Source: Nitrospirota bacterium (GTDB lineage Bacteria; Nitrospirota; Thermodesulfovibrionia; Thermodesulfovibrionales; UBA1546). From it: a stretch of 64,000 nt of DNA. The DNA lies in contig JAKALU010000003.1 in assembly GCA_021824065.1 (NCBI GenBank), positions 5,553-69,552 on the forward strand, in the 5' to 3' direction. Shown one piece after another: positions 58,489-64,000 of this stretch. The translations under genes and the position numbers were made by a program. Position 1 is the stretch's first letter. Each line of letters begins with the position of its first letter. Below the pieces are notes generated by a model. The model was given only the letters and a program-made list of their open reading frames with translations. It ran no database searches and was not told the origin of the DNA.

Positions 58489-59028
58489 TTAGCGAAGCAT
58501 ACTATCTGCGACCTTTATCAGATCAAATGGAGGTGATTTCATTACTACTGTTACCCTGTATTTCCCTTCATCCCATGAAATCCGGCTGCACGGCTCATCA
58601 TTCTTACAGAGACCAACCTCGAGTACTGCATTTCTGCCTTTTAAAGGGTAAGTGACTTTTTCTTTAACCTGTAATATCTTTATTTTCTTATCAGGGACAA
58701 AATTTGCACCGGCAGCAACCTGAGATATTATAAGGGCAATATCTCCCCTCTCTCTATGTTTGAACTCCATTACTACTGCAGTGAAAGGTTTATTCTGAGC
58801 CAGTATTTCCGATGGAGGCCATGTAAAGTTTTGAGGGAAATATGACGGAACATATATGTTTTTGATATTTAATCGTAATCTGACTTCTTCAACACTGCTG
58901 TATCTTCTTATGGCATCCTTCTGAATTGCCATTGGCAACCAGTTAAGAATCTTTAAAACTGCAATCAGGATTACAACTGTTATTGCAAAATAAAAAAAAC
59001 TGAAGAATTTCCTATGCACTGTTTTCAC
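58489..59028 (-). CDS. Membrane-anchored hypothetical protein (single N-terminal TM, beta-rich ectodomain)
   Basis: 179-aa ORF flanked on both sides by the REP-like element. No motif was recognised. Possibly an accessory partner of the upstream M56-like protease. Confidence 0.5.
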   Translation of the reverse strand: MKTVHRKFFSFFYFAITVVILIAVLKILNWLPMAIQKDAIRRYSSVEEVRLRLNIKNIYVPSYFPQNFTWPPSEILAQNKPFTAVVMEFKHRERGDIALIISQVAAGANFVPDKKIKILQVKEKVTYPLKGRNAVLEVGLCKNDEPCSRISWDEGKYRVTVVMKSPPFDLIKVADSMLR

Positions 59029-59037
59029 TCCTCATAT

Positions 59038-59147
59038 TGAAGCTCTCTGCAGCAAGCTGCAAGGCTTCGAGATGTAAAAAACTATTCCTTCTTTCATATC
59101 CGCTCACTAATCCAGCAGCGGGAATGCGCTCGCTGTGCCTTCTCATC
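59038..59147. repeat. REP-like element, split copy (GAAGCTCTCTGCAGCAAGCTG ... about 55 bp ... GGGAATGCGCTCGCTGTGCCTTCTCATC)
   Basis: Both halves match 58436-58483, separated here by an insert. Confidence 0.65.
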
Positions 59148-60138
59148 ATACAATAAAATAGTTTATTATTGTAATTACAATAAATGTGACTATAAACTTA
59201 AACCATCCGCCGTCTTTTTCATGTGCCAATCCCTGTTCAAGCTGCATAATTCTATTTTTTATGAGCATATTATGGCTATACTCTTCGAGTGCTGCTCCTA
59301 TTTTTGAGGGTTTTGTAATCTGAACCGGGGCGATGTCTTCATGTGTATAGTAAAGTTTTTTAAGGGTCTCAATCAGCGCATAAGGTTTCCCTGTTAAAGT
59401 TACTGCGATGTTGTCACATATCTGTTCATCTTCCTGGACAATCTTTCTAAATTCTACAAGGACTATCGGGTTAAAGAACATCGATATCCTTAAAAGAAAG
59501 AGCATTAAGATTAAAGGCTGCCTACTCCTTGTAATATGGGCAATTTCATGGGCCAGTGCTGCCTGTATCTGTTCTATATTAAGCATTTTTACAAGGCCGG
59601 TAGATAGGAAGATTGCAGTATTCTTACCGGTTGTAGAAAACAATATAAAATCATTGTCATCAATTATAAAGATATCAGGTTTTTCCACAGGTAAAGACTC
59701 CAATGCCTTGCTGACAATAGAATTATCATCAGGGGTTTCCCCCTCGGATGTAGATTCTTTTGATTCGATGGTATGCCTCAAGATAGGGATTATCTCCTGC
59801 AAAAAAGATATCAGGGTTGTGATAAATAAAATAATAATAAACAGCAGGCTTAATGGAAACTTCCCCCATAATTCCAGACTCAGCCACCTGTTAATATCAA
59901 AAAGCGCTTCCAGTCTGAAGTAGACTGACCCTCTCCCAGAATTTATCGTTTGATATACTGGGAATGAAAGAATCGGGGATATAATGACTATATAACGAAA
60001 TCTCTGCTTTATTAAAGGATTGTTAATCTTCCATGCCTGAATGGATCTGTCCACTATAATAGCAGCTATTAACGCGTGGCATATTGACTGGGCTATATAC
60101 ATGCCAATATAGGAGTTGAAAAAGTTTGAGATGCTCAT
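59146..60138 (-). CDS. M56 (BlaR1-like)/M48-type membrane zinc metalloprotease homolog
   Basis: 330 aa. N-terminal TM helices, the HExxH motif in ALAHEIAHITRSR followed by a TM segment, and a C-terminal TM helix. Confidence 0.65.
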   Translation of the reverse strand: MSISNFFNSYIGMYIAQSICHALIAAIIVDRSIQAWKINNPLIKQRFRYIVIISPILSFPVYQTINSGRGSVYFRLEALFDINRWLSLELWGKFPLSLLFIIILFITTLISFLQEIIPILRHTIESKESTSEGETPDDNSIVSKALESLPVEKPDIFIIDDNDFILFSTTGKNTAIFLSTGLVKMLNIEQIQAALAHEIAHITRSRQPLILMLFLLRISMFFNPIVLVEFRKIVQEDEQICDNIAVTLTGKPYALIETLKKLYYTHEDIAPVQITKPSKIGAALEEYSHNMLIKNRIMQLEQGLAHEKDGGWFKFIVTFIVITIINYFIV

Positions 60139-60226
60139 GGGTTATATCATAGCATATCAAAAAAGGGTGCATATCTTGACTTAGAGGTTATAAAGCGAGG
60201 CGACTTAATCCGGATAATACATTTGA

Positions 60227-61612
60227 TTAATGGTAAATTATCAGCCCGTATTTTTTCATCTTATTAAAAAGGCTCTTTCTGCTGATGCCGAGACGGGCTG
60301 CAGCATCCTTCCTCTTCCACCTCACCTCTGTTAAGGCATCTATTATCAGTTTCTTCTCCTCTTCTGATTTCACTGTCTCTATCCTGTCTTTTACCTTTAT
60401 CTCTCCATGCAATTTTCTACCTCTGCCTTCAGATATAAGTTCTGTTACTGTTTCACCTGTGATTAAGTCATTGTCTTCAAGGATTATCGCCCTTTGAATC
60501 AGATTCTCCATCTCTCTCACATTCCCGGGCCATTGGTAATTCAGAAAAAAACTTATTGCAGAGGCTGAAATGCCTTTAAATTTTTTCCCTATAGCCTTGC
60601 TATATTTTTTAAAAAAATAATCTGCCAGCAGCGGGATATCTTTTCCCCTCTCTCTGAGTGGCGGTACGTTAATCTCGAATACCTTTACCCTGTAAAAAAG
60701 ATCATCCCTGAACCTTCCCTCTGCAACAGCGGCATTGAGGTTCCTGTTCGTTGCAGATATCAACCTCAAATCAACTTTTATGGCTTTTGTACCTCCAAGC
60801 CGCTCTATCTCTTTATCCTGCAGCGCTCTTAAAAGCTTTGCCTGCAATCCCAGGGAAAGGTCTCCTATCTCATCGAGAAAAATACTGCCTCTTGACGCCC
60901 TCTCAAATTTACCTATATGCTGCCTTGTTGCGCCTGTAAAGGCACCTTTTTCATAACCAAACAGTTCTGATTCAAGCAGTGTCTCCGGAATTGCTGCACA
61001 GTTCACGCTTATGAATGGGTTGTCCCTCCTATCGCTGAGCTTATGTATGGCCTTTGCTATAAGCTCCTTGCCAGAGCCGCTCTCGCCGGTTATCAGAACC
61101 GTAACATCTGTTGCCGCAACCTTTTTCGAAAGTTCAAGCGCTCTCTTCATCTCATCACTCTCGGCTATTATCTCATCCTTAAGGGTTTTCTCAAGACTCT
61201 CTGTCTTAAGGGTCTCAAGCTCTCTCTGTAATTCATATCTTTCGATTGCCCTGTTTATAACTGTCCTTACGATTTCTATATCAACAGGTTTTGTGAAAAA
61301 GTCGTATGCCCCATATCTGATTGATCTCATTGCAAGCTCTTTTGAGCCGTATGCTGTTATCATTATCACAGGCATAGGATACCCTTCGGCCTTTATACGT
61401 TCAAGCACCTCGATGCCGCTCATACCGGGCATCTTTTCATCAAGGAGCACGAGGCTATAGCTATCATCTTTCAAAAAGCCAATGGCATCATGGCCCGTGG
61501 ATGCAATATCAAACTGAAAACCTTCTTTCCTCAGAAGTTCTCCAAGAAAGAACTGGATACTCGTGTCATCATCCACAATCAATATTTTATGCTCGTTTGT
61601 AGCAAATGCCAT
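60227..61612 (-). CDS. Sigma-54-dependent response regulator (NtrC family: REC + AAA+ + Fis-type HTH)
   Basis: 461 aa. REC (LVLLDEKMPGMSG), Walker A GESGSGKE, GAFTGA loop (EKGAFTGA), and C-terminal HTH AAARLGISRKSLFNKMKKYG. Confidence 0.92.
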   Translation of the reverse strand: MAFATNEHKILIVDDDTSIQFFLGELLRKEGFQFDIASTGHDAIGFLKDDSYSLVLLDEKMPGMSGIEVLERIKAEGYPMPVIMITAYGSKELAMRSIRYGAYDFFTKPVDIEIVRTVINRAIERYELQRELETLKTESLEKTLKDEIIAESDEMKRALELSKKVAATDVTVLITGESGSGKELIAKAIHKLSDRRDNPFISVNCAAIPETLLESELFGYEKGAFTGATRQHIGKFERASRGSIFLDEIGDLSLGLQAKLLRALQDKEIERLGGTKAIKVDLRLISATNRNLNAAVAEGRFRDDLFYRVKVFEINVPPLRERGKDIPLLADYFFKKYSKAIGKKFKGISASAISFFLNYQWPGNVREMENLIQRAIILEDNDLITGETVTELISEGRGRKLHGEIKVKDRIETVKSEEEKKLIIDALTEVRWKRKDAAARLGISRKSLFNKMKKYGLIIYH

Positions 61613-61700
61613 TATAGGACTCCTTTAACCTACACAATATTTTATCACAGATAAAGAAAGGGGAGTTGACAGAAAACAATATTTAGGCAATGATTTTATC

Positions 61701-62900
61701 ATGCAAAGTAACAGCAGCACAAAACCAACTTTCACAAGACCTGAAATAGAAAGGTTATACAACGGTACTTTCACAGATTGGAATAAGGTCCAGCTATTAT
61801 GGAAAGGCCAAGAATTGTTTAAAAGGATATTCGATTCTGTCTCTAAGGCAAAAAAGCTCGTCTGCCTTGAGTTTTATATATTCCGCAATGACGAGACAGG
61901 CAATGAGCTTGCAAAGCTATTGAAGAAAAAAGCACGTGAAGGAGTTTATGTATTTATCCTTTACGACCATTTTGGCTCTTTTGGTACACCGAGAAAGTTC
62001 TGGGCAGAACTAAAAAAAACTGGGATAAATGTCAGGGCATCACACCCCTTCAAATGGACAGCACCTTTTCGGTATGTTCACCGCGACCATAAAAAACTTA
62101 TCATTGTAGATGGCGAAAAGGTTTTCACGGGCGGACTGAACATCGCAAACGAATATAGAGGATATTACTTCAAAAGGCTTAAGAAACGTAAAGAGAGCTG
62201 GAGGGACACAGGGATAATGCTCGAAGGCTCAATAGCCCGGACACTTTTTGGTGAATTCAAGAAAAGCTGGGTGATCTGGGGCGGGGAGCCGATTATATAT
62301 GATGTAAACATGGGAAAATCGCAGGGAGAAATAGAGATTCCTTCCGCGCATAGCCTGCCTGTACTGCCTATATTCGCAAGTTCAGCAAGGGGCAGGAGAA
62401 GGATGCGAAGGCTTTTATATTACAGTATAAATCATGCAAAACATAGTATATTTCTCACAACTGCTTATTTCACGCCGAGCAGAAGGATGATTCATGCTCT
62501 ATCTGAGGCAGTCAAGAGAGGGGTGGATATAAGACTCCTTCTGCCCGGTAAAAGCGATGTATTGGCTGCACATTATGCAGGACGGGCATTGTTCACAAAA
62601 CTTTTGAAGGCAGGTATTGAGATACATAACTATAAGGGAGAGATACTACACGCAAAAACCGCAGTTTTTGACAGATGCTGGAGTATCATAGGTTCTGCTA
62701 ATCTCGATTTTCAGTCATTAAGATGGAATGATGAGGGAAATGTCGGAATACTTGATGAAGGATTCGGGCAACAGATGGCAGATGTTTTCAATGAAGATCT
62801 GAGGCATTCTGTAAAAATAGAATTAGACCAATGGGTGAAGCGGGATTTCTGTGAGAAGGTCAAAGAGAAGTTTTTTGCTTTGTTCAGGAGAAGGCTGTAG
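61701..62900 (+). CDS. Phospholipase D-family cardiolipin synthase (ClsB-like, no TM)
   Basis: 399 aa. Two HKD motifs: HKKLIIVDG...GGLN and HAKTAVFD...GSANLD. Confidence 0.85.
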   Translation: MQSNSSTKPTFTRPEIERLYNGTFTDWNKVQLLWKGQELFKRIFDSVSKAKKLVCLEFYIFRNDETGNELAKLLKKKAREGVYVFILYDHFGSFGTPRKFWAELKKTGINVRASHPFKWTAPFRYVHRDHKKLIIVDGEKVFTGGLNIANEYRGYYFKRLKKRKESWRDTGIMLEGSIARTLFGEFKKSWVIWGGEPIIYDVNMGKSQGEIEIPSAHSLPVLPIFASSARGRRRMRRLLYYSINHAKHSIFLTTAYFTPSRRMIHALSEAVKRGVDIRLLLPGKSDVLAAHYAGRALFTKLLKAGIEIHNYKGEILHAKTAVFDRCWSIIGSANLDFQSLRWNDEGNVGILDEGFGQQMADVFNEDLRHSVKIELDQWVKRDFCEKVKEKFFALFRRRL

Positions 62901-63008
62901 GTCTGGATTATAAGAGGAGTGTGTGGCGAGGGAGAGGACGGCGGTGCATATTGTGCCAACTGCTTTCTCTTTTGCATTTAGTAGCACTATATGCTAAAGT
63001 AGTTGCAT

Positions 63009-64000
63009 ATGGTACAGAAACGTTTTTGGCTGGATAAGGTAAAAAGGGGTTGGCAGCGACATTCTGTTCTCTGGCTTTCGGGAGTGCGGTGTGTTGGCAA
63101 GACATCCCTGTGCAAGAGCCTGACTGGAACAGAGTATTTTGACTGCGAGCTCCCCAGAGTGCGCCGGATGATAGAAGACCCCCAGTCTTTTCTGGATGAC
63201 CTGCGTGGCCGCACTATTGTGCTTGACGAAATCCACCGGCTGAATAATCCATCCGAAATTCTTAAGATTGCCGCGGATCACTATCCTGATATAAAAGTGC
63301 TTGCAACAGGGTCATCTACACTTGGAGCGTCAGCAAAATTTCGAGACACGCTGACAGGACGAAAATCCGAACTCTGGCTGACCCCCATGATTTCATCAGA
63401 CCTTGTGGACTTTAAACAGGAAGTCTTGAATCATCGTTTTCTCCGTGGCGGCTTGCCGCCATTCTTTCTGGCCAGGGATGTTCCGGAACAAGATTTCCAT
63501 GAATGGATGGAAGCTTACTGGGCTAAAGATATTCAGGAACTTTTCAGGCTTGAACGCCGAAGCTCATTTCTAAAATTCTTAGAACTCTTAATGGTCAGCA
63601 GCGGAGGGATTTTTGAGGCAACAAGATTCGCGCGTCCTTGTGAGGTCAGCCGGTCTACGATCTCCAACTATCTGGCTGTTCTCGATGCAACGTATGTCAT
63701 GCATGTTGTTCGGCCTTTCAGTTCCAACAGGCCAACAGAAATTATTGCCGCTCCCAAAGTATATGCATTCGATACAGGGTTTATGTGCTACTATCGCGGC
63801 TGGCATAAACTGAGACGCGACGATTTCGGTATCCTCTGGGAGCATTTTGTATTAAATGAACTACAGGCGCAAACGCAGTCCCGCAGGGTCGCGTACTGGC
63901 GTGACAAGCGTGGACACGAAGTGGATTTTATATTAGCAAACCGAAAATCTCCGCCAGTAGCAATAGAGTGCAAGTGGTCTGCGTCTGAATTCGACGCTGT
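63009..64000 (+). CDS. AAA-type ATPase with DUF4143-like C-terminal half (COG1373-type); 3' end runs off the window
   Basis: Absent from the ORF track. The ATG at 63009 opens a frame that stays open to 64000: MVQKRFWLDKV..LWLSGVRCVGKTSL (Walker A)..IVLDEIHRL (Walker B)..VYAFDTGF..HEVDFIL. Confidence 0.75.
   Translation, partial: MVQKRFWLDKVKRGWQRHSVLWLSGVRCVGKTSLCKSLTGTEYFDCELPRVRRMIEDPQSFLDDLRGRTIVLDEIHRLNNPSEILKIAADHYPDIKVLATGSSTLGASAKFRDTLTGRKSELWLTPMISSDLVDFKQEVLNHRFLRGGLPPFFLARDVPEQDFHEWMEAYWAKDIQELFRLERRSSFLKFLELLMVSSGGIFEATRFARPCEVSRSTISNYLAVLDATYVMHVVRPFSSNRPTEIIAAPKVYAFDTGFMCYYRGWHKLRRDDFGILWEHFVLNELQAQTQSRRVAYWRDKRGHEVDFILANRKSPPVAIECKWSASEFDA

Overview
The 64-kb window looks like chromosomal DNA from an uncultivated, moderately AT-rich anaerobe. 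The gene content resembles a Nitrospirota or Deltaproteobacteria-type metal or sulfur respirer, but that placement is a guess. Most of the window is housekeeping: tRNA-Leu(GAG), yraN, gmhA, ruvC, glcD, PMM/PGM, PBP1A, polX, two M16 peptidases, nfo, holB, PSP1/ricT, metG, mtaD, mutS2, recR, cysK, slt, zapA and cls. It also holds a nikR-controlled OMP-cbiMNQO nickel/cobalt uptake operon and a BrnT/BrnA toxin-antitoxin pair.

Two regions stand out.
1. Positions 49.6-61.6 kb form a 12-kb run of genes all on the minus strand. Its core has no catalytic subunit: a c3-type cytochrome, a Tat-exported 4x[4Fe-4S] protein, an NrfD-type membrane protein, a membrane-anchored 13-haem cytochrome and an FdnI-type cytochrome b. 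Around the core sit a Cache/HAMP histidine kinase with a CxxCH haem-c motif in its periplasmic domain, a NarL-type response regulator, an orphan sigma-54 (NtrC-type) response regulator, an M56-like membrane metalloprotease, and two paralogous small membrane proteins that share a near-identical C-terminal motif.
2. Positions 1-4.05 kb encode a 19-haem-motif secreted cytochrome with Geobacter-type Cx4CH...CxxCH repeats. It is followed by an 8-Cys 'CWE..C/CW..C' protein and preceded by a GAF-LuxR regulator. The cytochrome and regulator genes carry the same duplicated promoter, with a TGTGA-N8-TCACA palindrome centred near -42.

The window is also dense in short interspersed repeats:
- 7/8-nt periodic 'word' arrays at gene borders.
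- Nested C-run/G-run hairpins, three of which are translated in frame inside genes.
- A MITE-like family with terminal inverted repeats (TIRs).
- Hairpin clusters of the GTCATTCC...GAATGAC type.

Two genes that the ORF track misses because they run off the window edges are added, at 1-269 (-) and 63009-64000 (+). All functional calls rest on motifs read by eye and on remembered family signatures. No database search was possible.
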